Part shown: piece after piece, positions 56,444 to 64,000 of the stretch
Position numbering within the stretch: position 1 is the first letter of the stretch
How the letters are laid out: every line of letters begins with the position of its first letter
Assembly (NCBI GenBank): GCA_040218735.1
Contig: JAVJQW010000012.1
Span: 64,001-128,000, forward strand
Length of the DNA: 64,000 nt
Reading direction: 5' to 3'
DNA from: Deltaproteobacteria bacterium
GTDB taxonomy: Bacteria > Myxococcota > Kuafuiibacteriia > Kuafuiibacteriales > Kuafuiibacteriaceae
Program-made: the position numbers and the translations under genes
Notes under the pieces: generated by a model
Seen by the model: only the letters and a program-made list of their open reading frames with translations
What the model was told of the DNA's origin: nothing
The model's database searches: none

Positions 56444-57781
56444 ATGACCGCCGCGAAAACCGAGACGCTGATCCTCGGCGCCGGCCTCACGGGCCTGTCG
56501 TGCGCGTACCACCTCGGCGACGGCGGCCGGTACCGCATCGTGGAGCGACAGGAGGCCGTCGGCGGCCTGGCGCGCACGCGCAAGAGGCCGCAGGGCTTCC
56601 TGTGCGACGGCACGGGCCACTGGCTGCACCTGAGGCGCGACGTCACGAAGAAGCTCGTGAACGACGTCCTCGGCGACAACCTGGAGGCCCGGACGCGCCG
56701 CGCGCGGGTCTACAGCAAGGGGGTGTACACGCTCTACCCCTTCCAGGCGAACACGTTCGGCCTGCCGAAGGAGGTCGTCGCCACGTGCCTCAAGGGGCTC
56801 GCCGACGCGAAGTTCGTCGAGCAGCACGACGAGCCGAAGAACTACAAGGAGTGGATCCGGCAGCACTTCGGCGAGGGGATCTGTCAGCACTTCATGTACC
56901 CGTACAACGAGAAGATCTACGGGGTCCCGCTCGACACGCTCGCGGCGACGTTCGCTTCTCGGTACATCCCGCAACCCTCGTTCGAAGCGGTCGTCGATGG
57001 CGCGCTCGGACTTTCGCGCGAGGCGCTCGGCTACAACGCCCAGTTCGTCTACCCCAAACGCGGGGGCATCGGCGCGCTCGGCGAGGGGTTGAAAGCCGGC
57101 CTGCAGCGGGACGTGGAGCTGACGCGTCAGCCGATCGCGATCGACCTATCGAAGCGCGAGGCCAAGATGGAGGACGGCGAGACGATCGCGTTCGACCACC
57201 TGGTGAGTACGATTCCGCTCCCCAAACTCATCGAGCTCATCGGGGTGGGTACGCCGGATGGCGTCCCGGATGAGATCGTCGCAGCCACGGGGCGTCTGCG
57301 TGCGAACTCGGTGCTGTACTTCGACGTCGCGATCAAGGGCGAGCCGAAGGAGCACCAGGACTACCACTGGATCTACCTCCCGGAGCGTGAGTTCCCGTTC
57401 TATCGCGTGGGTTCGTACTCAGCGGTGGAGCGCAGCCTCGCGCCCGTGGGTCACCGTTCCTATTACGTGGAGATGGGGCACTACGGCGACGTGGATCCCG
57501 CGCAGTTCGAGCAAGGGGTCATGGATGGGTTGCGGCGCCTGGGACTCATCGCCGACGAAGACGAGATCGTGTTCATGATCCCCAACGTGCTCTCGCCCGC
57601 GTACGTGTTGTTCGACGACGTGTACGAGTCGTCGCGCGCCGAAGTGCTCAGCTGGCTCGACGCGCAGCGGGTCATCAGCGTCGGGCGCTACGGGCGCTGG
57701 CAGTACAACGCGATGGAAGACGCCCTCCTCGAGGGCATGGAGGCCGCGGAGAAGATCGACGCGGCGCGGGGGAACGCGTGA
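56444..57781 (+). CDS. FAD-dependent oxidoreductase (protoporphyrinogen oxidase/UDP-galactopyranose mutase-like)
   Basis: ILGAGLTGLS, ER...GGL, D.TGHWLH, PYNEKIYG, F.YPKRGG and GRYGRWQY..MED. Confidence 0.8.
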   Translation: MTAAKTETLILGAGLTGLSCAYHLGDGGRYRIVERQEAVGGLARTRKRPQGFLCDGTGHWLHLRRDVTKKLVNDVLGDNLEARTRRARVYSKGVYTLYPFQANTFGLPKEVVATCLKGLADAKFVEQHDEPKNYKEWIRQHFGEGICQHFMYPYNEKIYGVPLDTLAATFASRYIPQPSFEAVVDGALGLSREALGYNAQFVYPKRGGIGALGEGLKAGLQRDVELTRQPIAIDLSKREAKMEDGETIAFDHLVSTIPLPKLIELIGVGTPDGVPDEIVAATGRLRANSVLYFDVAIKGEPKEHQDYHWIYLPEREFPFYRVGSYSAVERSLAPVGHRSYYVEMGHYGDVDPAQFEQGVMDGLRRLGLIADEDEIVFMIPNVLSPAYVLFDDVYESSRAEVLSWLDAQRVISVGRYGRWQYNAMEDALLEGMEAAEKIDAARGNA

Positions 57782-58500
57782 GCGTCGAGCCGGAGTTTTC
57801 GATCGTCATCCCCGTCCACAACGAGGCGGCGATCATCGAGGGTTCGATCCGCGAGCTCCGCGCGCGGGTCGAGAAGATCGGACGGCCGTACGAGATCATC
57901 ATCGCGGAGAACGGCTCCGCGGACGAGACGGCCGACCTCGCACGTGAGCTCGCCAATGAGTTCGACAACGTCTTCCTGTTGCAGCTCCCCGAGCCGAACT
58001 ACGGCGCCGCGCTGAAGAAGGGCATCTTCATGGCGCGGGGGCGCTACATCCACTGCGACGAGATCGACATCTGCGACGTCGACTTCCACCGCCGCGCGCT
58101 CGAGCTGCTGGTCGGTGACGACGGTGGGTTCGATCTGGTGGTGGGTTCGAAGGTCATGCCCGGCGCGCGTGACCGGCGCCCCGTCGGGCGTCGGATCGCG
58201 ACGCGGATCGTGAACGGGATGCTGCGCATCTCGCTCGGCTTCCGCGGCACCGACACCCACGGCCTCAAGGCGTTCCGGCGCAGCTCGATCCTCCCGGTTG
58301 TGGAGTCGTGCGTCGTGGACCGCGACATGTTCGCTTCGGAGCTGGTGATTCGCGCGGAGCGCGGACGGCTGCACATCGTGGAGATTCCGCTGAACCTGAA
58401 GGAGAAGCGCGAGCCCTCGATCCAACTCACCCGGCGCGTACCGCGGGTGCTGCAGAACATCGCCAAGCTCGTGTACGTGATTCGCATCCGAGGGAACTGA
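57778..58500 (+). CDS. Glycosyltransferase family 2 (polyprenol-phosphate glycosyltransferase-like)
   Basis: SIVIPVHNE, ENGSADET, YGAALKKG, VVGSK and DTHGLKAF. Confidence 0.85.
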   Translation: MSVEPEFSIVIPVHNEAAIIEGSIRELRARVEKIGRPYEIIIAENGSADETADLARELANEFDNVFLLQLPEPNYGAALKKGIFMARGRYIHCDEIDICDVDFHRRALELLVGDDGGFDLVVGSKVMPGARDRRPVGRRIATRIVNGMLRISLGFRGTDTHGLKAFRRSSILPVVESCVVDRDMFASELVIRAERGRLHIVEIPLNLKEKREPSIQLTRRVPRVLQNIAKLVYVIRIRGN

Positions 58501-59417
58501 TGCCCCTCGCGGCCGTCACGATCGACGTCGACTCGCTCTCTTGTTACCGCGCCATTCACGGGTTGCCTGCGGCGCCGCTCGACGAGGATCCGATCTACAC
58601 CGTCGCGCTGCCGCGTTTCTTCGAGCTGATCGAACACACCAAGGTCCCGGCGACCCTGTTCTGCATCGGACGCGACGCCCCCGCGCACGCTTCGGCCTTC
58701 GAGCCGGTGACGCGGCTGAGTTGTGAGATCGCGTCCCATTCCCATACCCACGACTACGCGCTGTCACGGCGGACGCCGTCCGAGATCCGCGAAGACCTCG
58801 CGCGCGCGGACGCCGCGCTGCGGACGCTCTCGCCTTCGGGACGCATCCACGGGTTCCGCGCGCCCGGGTACAACACGTCCGCGGCGCTGCTCGAAGCCGT
58901 CGTCGAGCGCGGCTACTACGACTCGTCGCTGCTCCCCGCCCCGATGTACTTCGCGGCGCGCGCGGCGGCGATCGGCCTGTACGGGCTGCGCGGTCGTCGG
59001 TCGTCCTCGCTGGTCGGCGACGCACGCGCGTTCGCCGGGCCGCTCGAGCCCTACCGCACCGATCCCGCCACGCCGTGGAAGCCGAGCGCGGGTCCGCTCG
59101 TCGAGCTCCCGATGACCTGCGGGCCGAAGCACCGGGTGCCTCTGTTCGGCACGGCGCTCACCACGTTCCCCCGGCGAGTGTTCGATCGCCTCGTGGACCA
59201 CGCGCTGCGCGCGGTGCCGCTGTTCAACTTCGAGATGCACGCGATCGATCTGCTCGACGCGCACGACGAAGGCGTCCCGCGCGAGCTGGTCGAAGCGCAA
59301 CCCGACTTGCGCACGTCGAGCGCGGAGAAGTGCTTTCGGTTCTCGAAGCTGTTCGAGCGCCTCGCGCGCGACGCCGACGTGCGCACGCTCGTCGACGCCG
59401 CTCAGTCCGCCAGGTAG
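58500..59417 (+). CDS. Polysaccharide deacetylase (CE4) family protein
   Basis: TIDVD, ATLFCIG, EIASHSHTH, GFRAPGY and YDSS. ATG overlaps the GT2 stop. Confidence 0.85.
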   Translation: MPLAAVTIDVDSLSCYRAIHGLPAAPLDEDPIYTVALPRFFELIEHTKVPATLFCIGRDAPAHASAFEPVTRLSCEIASHSHTHDYALSRRTPSEIREDLARADAALRTLSPSGRIHGFRAPGYNTSAALLEAVVERGYYDSSLLPAPMYFAARAAAIGLYGLRGRRSSSLVGDARAFAGPLEPYRTDPATPWKPSAGPLVELPMTCGPKHRVPLFGTALTTFPRRVFDRLVDHALRAVPLFNFEMHAIDLLDAHDEGVPRELVEAQPDLRTSSAEKCFRFSKLFERLARDADVRTLVDAAQSAR

Positions 59418-60493
59418 CGCCGCTCGGCCTCCGCGACCTCGCCGTTCTCGATCGCCTCGAGCAGCCCCGCGTCGAGCGGGACGAGAAGCTTGCTCCCGTG
59501 CGCGACCGCGAAGCCGTAGTTTTCGACGATGGTCTCGACGGGCACGAGGCGGACCGGGAGCTCCGGGTTGAGGTGCAGGTCGTAGCGCAGCAGCGGGAGG
59601 TCGCCGACCGCGGCGTCCGCGTCCGAGTCCACGACGGCGCGGATCGCTTCGGCGATCGTCGCGACGCCCACGCCGCGGCCCTTCGCACTTCGCACGATGT
59701 TCGCGCTGGTGGTTCCGCTGACGAACGCGACGGGGCGCTTCGCGAGATCCGCGAGGCCTTGGATCTCCGCGCGATCGAGCTGCGACAGCGTGAGCGCGGT
59801 GGCGATGCTCGCCGTGAGCGACGACGCGGTGATCATCGCGATCACCATCCAGATGCCGACGACGATCCGCCCCGCCAAAGTGATCGGCGCCTTGTCGCCG
59901 TAGCCGACCGTCGTCATCGTCACCAGCGCGAGCCAGATCCCCGCGCCAATCCCCGGCGCCGGCGCCATCGCGAACTGCTCCGGGTTGGCGCGCCGCTCGA
60001 TCAGCCACACCAAGGTTCCGACCCCGAGCAGCACCAGCAGCAGGAAGCCGACGCCGACCCCGAACGCCTTCGTCAGGAAGGGTCGTATCTTCTCGAAGTA
60101 TCCGGACTCGTGCACCGGCGCGACGATGCCCATACGCGCGCGGTAATAGGGTTGGGTGAACGTCACGCTGGCGGTGCGCGCCGCGGTAATGGATATCGGG
60201 CCGACCGCGACATCGGCCTGTCCGGAGCGTACTCGGCGTATCGCATCCGCGACGCTCGGTGCCGTGTCGATTTTGTGACGGATGTCGCTTCGGCTGGCCA
60301 CCAAGCGGAAGATGTCTACGGCCAGGCCTCCCATGCGCCCGTCTTGTTCGAGCACGAACGGGGCGGAACCCGCGACGACGACCCGCACGGTCGCCGGCTC
60401 TGGGGCGTGGGATTCGGCTGCAGTTTCGGCTGCGGCTTCTGGGACGGACACGGTCAGCGTCGCAAGCGCGACCAGGGTCGACGTCGTGGACAT
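59402..60493 (-). CDS. GluR0-like ligand-gated K+ channel (split solute-binding domain around a K+ pore)
   Basis: Signal peptide, S1 (APFV...ISITAAR...FTQPY), M1, pore TMTTVGYGD, M2 and S2 (GTTS...NYGFAV). Confidence 0.85.
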   Translation of the reverse strand: MSTTSTLVALATLTVSVPEAAAETAAESHAPEPATVRVVVAGSAPFVLEQDGRMGGLAVDIFRLVASRSDIRHKIDTAPSVADAIRRVRSGQADVAVGPISITAARTASVTFTQPYYRARMGIVAPVHESGYFEKIRPFLTKAFGVGVGFLLLVLLGVGTLVWLIERRANPEQFAMAPAPGIGAGIWLALVTMTTVGYGDKAPITLAGRIVVGIWMVIAMITASSLTASIATALTLSQLDRAEIQGLADLAKRPVAFVSGTTSANIVRSAKGRGVGVATIAEAIRAVVDSDADAAVGDLPLLRYDLHLNPELPVRLVPVETIVENYGFAVAHGSKLLVPLDAGLLEAIENGEVAEAERRYLAD

Positions 60494-60605
60494 GCCGCCA
60501 TCATTCACAATGCCTGAACTTCAGGGTATCCGGTCTTGCGCCGACGCGGAGTCGGTCGCAGGATGGCGACCGCACGCACCTACACGGTTGGAGGAATCAA
60601 AAACG

Positions 60606-63600
60606 ATGCGCAACATCACATCTTGGTCTCGGCTGGTACTCCCCGCCATGGCGGCTGCGAGTTTGGGGCTCGTGGCCTGCGACGACGGCGTCGAAATCGT
60701 CGCACAACAAGCAATCCTGGAGGTCGACGATCAGCTCGACTTCGGCCAGGTCCAGATCGGAACGACGACCTCCGAGCGGATCTTCATCAAGAACTCGGGT
60801 GACGGCGTCCTGCGCCTGAACCGCCCCTCACGGGGGAACCCGTGGTCGGACGCCTACACGTTCGACATCGAGGAGGCGTCCCTCATCGTGGCGCCCGACG
60901 CCACGGTCGCCGTGGACGTCGTCTTCTCGCCGGTCGACGAGGGTGAGGCCATCGCGCTCCTCGAGATTCGTCCGGACGATGCGTCGCTCGACCCGGTGAC
61001 GGTCACGATCCGCGGCGAAGGCGTGAGCACGACGCTCAACGCCAACCCGGAGAACCTGTCCTTCGGCAACGTCGTCGTGAACACCACGAAGACGCTGACG
61101 ATCGACCTGTCGAACGACAGCAACCTGGACGCCACCGTCCAGTACCTGCCGGACCAGAACGTGAAGCTCTGCACGTCGAACCAGCAGGATCCGGCGACGT
61201 TCTGCATCCGCCTCCGTGATCGGCAGATCACGAACGGCACGTTCACCCTCGGCGCGGGCGAGTCGACGGTGATCGAGGTCCAGTTCACTCCGGTCATCCC
61301 GGGCACGCGCGAGCGCGGCAACTTCTCGCTGCGGTCCTGCGAGTCCTCGGCGTGTGAGACCGAGATTCGGCTCGACGGCCTGGGCATCGAGAGCGGCTTC
61401 CGCTGCATGCCCGCCGAGCTGAACTTCGGCCAGGTCAACCCGGGCTCGTGCCTGACTCAGACCGTCAGCTGCGAGAACATCGCGAACGAGCAGGTCACGG
61501 TCGTCAGCTGGGCCACCGTCACGAACGGCGGCTCGGTCTCCAGCCCCGACTTCGAGGTCGAGGCGCCCTCCGTCCAGGTCCTCAACGAGGGTGACAGCGT
61601 CGACGTCGACGTCACGTACTGCCCCGAGACGCTCGGCGACGACACCGGCACGCTCGGCATCGAGACCGACAACCAGAACCCGACCCTGCGGAACATCTTC
61701 GTCCCGCTGGTGGGCACCGGCGGCGGCCCGGACATCGAGGTCCTCCCGCTGCAGGTCAACTTCGGCCTCGTCTCCACGCTCGCGCCCGCGCGCCGCTCCG
61801 TCCTCGTGACGAACGTCGGCTTCGACGCGCTCGAGATCAGCGGCATCACGATGGATACGCAGGGCACCGGCGCCTACTCGTCGCCCGACGCGGCGGCCGG
61901 CGTGCTGCAGCCCGGTGAGGCCGTGACCATCACGGTCGAGTTCCAGCCCCAGGTCGAGGGTGCGGTCGACTCCAGCATGATCATCGCGACGAACGACGCG
62001 GACGAGCCGGAGGTCGAGGTGCAGCTCATCGGTGAGGGCATCATGCTCCCGCCGTGTAACTTCGAGGTCGTCCCGCAGAGCCTGAGCTTCGGCGTCATCG
62101 AGGCCACGCGCTCCGTGCAGCGTGCCTTCGAGATTCGCAACGTCGGCGTCGACCAGTGCCTGGTCACGGCCGTCCGCATGACGCCCGGCTCGGACGCGGC
62201 GTTCTCGCTGCCGGACGGCGACATCATGAGCGAGCTGATCGACGGCGGCGCGTCCACGACGATCACCGTGCAGTACTCGCCGACACAGTCCGGGACGAAC
62301 ACCGGCGGCGTCGAGTTCTCCATCTCGAGCCCCAGCAGCCCGTTCAACACGGTCGACCTGTCGGGCACGGGCGCGGACTCCACGCTGCTCATCGTCCCGA
62401 ACGAGATCGACTTCGGTACGATCGGCTTCGGCTGCGCGGCCCGCGCGCGCATCGTGACGATCTACAACACGGGCGCCACCGCCGCGACGATCGACTCGAT
62501 CGCCCTGTCGGCTCCGGCCAACCCGGCGTTCATGATCACCCAGCTGCCGGCCGGCCTCCCGGGCGGCCAGGTCACCCTCGCCCCCGGCGCTTCGACCGAG
62601 TTCGCGGTTTCGTTCCGCGCGGGTCAAGCCGAGTCGAGCTACGCGAGCGCCGTCGAGATCGGCGGGTCCTTCAACGGCCAGCAGGTCACGTACATCGTGT
62701 CGCTGTTCGGTCGTGCGGCGAAGGACGCCACGCAGATCGACGAGTTCGAGCAGCTCGGTACGCCGAAGGTCGACATCCTGTTCGTCATCGACAACAGCTG
62801 CTCGATGGGTCAGGAGCAGGACTCGATCGCCGCGAACTTCCAGGCGTTCATCCAGTTCGCCCAGGCGCAGGCGCTCGACTACCAGCTCGGTGTGACCACG
62901 GCCGACTCGGACACGGACATGGGTCGCCTCGTGCACCCGACCGGCCCGAGCGCGCTGTACGGTGGCCCCGTTCAGAACAAGATCGTGACGCCGCAGACGC
63001 AGCCCACGCCCGAGTCGGTGTTCGTGACGAACGTCTCGCTCGGAACGGGTGCGCCGGGTTCGGCCGCGGACGAGTCCGGCTTCGAGTCGGCGTTCCTCGC
63101 GCTGACCGCGCCGAACAGCATCGGTCACAACGCGGGCTTCCTGCGTCAGGACGCGGTTCTGTCGATCATCTTCGTCTCCGACGAGCCGGAGCAGTCGCAG
63201 AACACGGCCGACTTCTACATCAACTTCTTCCTGTCGATTAAGGGCTTCCGGAACAGCAACCTGTTCTCGGCGTCCGCGATCGTCGGCGACAACCCCGGCG
63301 GCTGCAACGGCGCGGGCGGCAGCGCTTCGGCGGCGCCTCGTTACATCGAGGCGGCGAACCGGACCGGCGGTGTCTTCCAGTCCATCTGCACGTCCGACTG
63401 GTCGCGTGCGCTCGAGGATCTGTCGACGGCGGCGTTCGGCTTCAAGTCGCGCTTCTTCCTCACCAACCAGCCCGTCATCTCGACCATCGAGATCTTCATC
63501 GACGGCGTGAGCATCCCCGCCACGTCGATGGGCGGCACGGTGAACTGGAGCTACGACTTCGCCACGAACTCGGTGAACTTCAGCCCGTTCGCGACGCCGG

Positions 63601-63647
63601 AGCCGGGTGCTTCGGTCCGCATCGAGTACACCGCCGAGTGTCTGTAA
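60606..63647 (+). CDS. Lipoprotein with six Ig-like (ASH/choice-of-anchor D) domains and a C-terminal vWA domain
   Basis: Lipobox LVAC. Repeats LDFGQV, LSFGNV, LNFGQV, VNFGLV, LSFGVI and IDFGTI. MIDAS VDILFVIDNSCSM and FVSDEPEQS. Confidence 0.85.
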   Translation: MRNITSWSRLVLPAMAAASLGLVACDDGVEIVAQQAILEVDDQLDFGQVQIGTTTSERIFIKNSGDGVLRLNRPSRGNPWSDAYTFDIEEASLIVAPDATVAVDVVFSPVDEGEAIALLEIRPDDASLDPVTVTIRGEGVSTTLNANPENLSFGNVVVNTTKTLTIDLSNDSNLDATVQYLPDQNVKLCTSNQQDPATFCIRLRDRQITNGTFTLGAGESTVIEVQFTPVIPGTRERGNFSLRSCESSACETEIRLDGLGIESGFRCMPAELNFGQVNPGSCLTQTVSCENIANEQVTVVSWATVTNGGSVSSPDFEVEAPSVQVLNEGDSVDVDVTYCPETLGDDTGTLGIETDNQNPTLRNIFVPLVGTGGGPDIEVLPLQVNFGLVSTLAPARRSVLVTNVGFDALEISGITMDTQGTGAYSSPDAAAGVLQPGEAVTITVEFQPQVEGAVDSSMIIATNDADEPEVEVQLIGEGIMLPPCNFEVVPQSLSFGVIEATRSVQRAFEIRNVGVDQCLVTAVRMTPGSDAAFSLPDGDIMSELIDGGASTTITVQYSPTQSGTNTGGVEFSISSPSSPFNTVDLSGTGADSTLLIVPNEIDFGTIGFGCAARARIVTIYNTGATAATIDSIALSAPANPAFMITQLPAGLPGGQVTLAPGASTEFAVSFRAGQAESSYASAVEIGGSFNGQQVTYIVSLFGRAAKDATQIDEFEQLGTPKVDILFVIDNSCSMGQEQDSIAANFQAFIQFAQAQALDYQLGVTTADSDTDMGRLVHPTGPSALYGGPVQNKIVTPQTQPTPESVFVTNVSLGTGAPGSAADESGFESAFLALTAPNSIGHNAGFLRQDAVLSIIFVSDEPEQSQNTADFYINFFLSIKGFRNSNLFSASAIVGDNPGGCNGAGGSASAAPRYIEAANRTGGVFQSICTSDWSRALEDLSTAAFGFKSRFFLTNQPVISTIEIFIDGVSIPATSMGGTVNWSYDFATNSVNFSPFATPEPGASVRIEYTAECL

Positions 63648-63657
63648 TCTAATGAGA

Positions 63658-63686
63658 CGGGGCGCCGCGTTTGTCGCGGCGCCCCG
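63658..63686 (+). terminator. GC-rich hairpin after the Ig/vWA lipoprotein (terminator or mRNA stabiliser)
   Basis: CGGGGCGCCGCG-TTTGT-CGCGGCGCCCCG, a 12-bp stem with no U-tract. Confidence 0.55.
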
Positions 63687-63796
63687 GGTCTCCCCCCTCC
63701 TCCCCCTACACGATTGATCTCGACGGGCTCGGTGACGGGCCTGTAGTTTCGTCTGCCGTAACCCCTTTGTCGCACGCAAAGAGGCCCTGGAAACTC

Positions 63797-64000
63797 ATGA
63801 ACAAACTACGCTTCCTCCTCCCGTTTGCCCTCTTCGCAGGCGTCCTGAGCGGCTGCTCGGACGATCCGACCGTCGTGTTCTCTCCGCCGGAGATCGAGCT
63901 CGACCCTTCGACCCTCGACTTCGGACCCGTCCAAGTCGGCACGCGCGTCGAGCGCAAGGTCGCCATCAAGAACATCGGCGACAGCCCGCTCACGATCGAC
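63797..64000 (+). CDS. Second Ig-like (choice-of-anchor D) lipoprotein, 3'-truncated by the window edge
   Basis: Own translation: MNKLRFLLPFALFAGVLSGCSDDP...PSTLDFGPVQVGTRVERKVAIKNIGDSPLTID. Confidence 0.8.
   Translation, partial: MNKLRFLLPFALFAGVLSGCSDDPTVVFSPPEIELDPSTLDFGPVQVGTRVERKVAIKNIGDSPLTID

Noticed and set aside
66-63779. Many long alternative ORFs, for example 4542-6185, 15609-18179, 16214-18334, 36214-38076, 47032-49107, 51896-54499, 54481-56679 and 60828-63779
   Set aside because: They are antisense or out-of-frame shadows of motif-supported genes. They are Arg/Ala/Gly/Pro-rich with no recognisable motifs, as expected in high-GC DNA with few stop codons.
63690-63796. Possible riboswitch in the leader of the second Ig-like lipoprotein
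   Set aside because: No conserved riboswitch consensus recognisable by eye. An Rfam search would be needed.

Overview
A very GC-rich bacterial chromosomal window whose gene repertoire points to Myxococcota or a related deltaproteobacterium (inference). Supporting genes include a TIGR04551-like outer-membrane protein, Ig-like/vWA lipoproteins, a eukaryote-like Ser/Thr kinase, a class II HMG-CoA reductase and a CotH lipoprotein. About 48 protein-coding genes are supported, and most other long ORFs in the track are antisense or out-of-frame shadows. Main blocks, in order: (1) a UbiB kinase, MFS transporters and a vWA-HK-RR-RR operon with a triple GTAAA direct repeat; (2) a mobile-element patch at 12.2-14.4 kb with an IS256 remnant, a RAYT-type Y1 transposase and REP-like repeats; (3) an exosortase with its PEP-CTERM VIT/vWA substrate, an Hpt protein and a degenerate DnaB-like ATPase; (4) a menaquinone/heme operon that carries its own precursor-supply genes (polyprenyl synthase, DAHP synthase, HMG-CoA reductase, menG/F/D/A/C, hemH), divergent from a GbsR-type regulator with two palindromic operator candidates; (5) an arginase with an RRE-like N-terminus; (6) a 1021-aa signal-peptide-less Cys-enzyme/PPC protein behind a sigma28-like promoter, followed by a HEAT-repeat gene; (7) argH-lipoprotein-lysA-dapA-dapB, interrupted by an antisense gluzincin with a sigma54-like promoter; (8) a J-domain/MshEN-like protein, an outer-membrane gene cluster, a glycan-modification operon, a GluR0-like channel and tandem Ig-like lipoproteins. 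No rRNA, tRNA or CRISPR array was seen. All assignments come from motifs read by eye, and no database searches were run.
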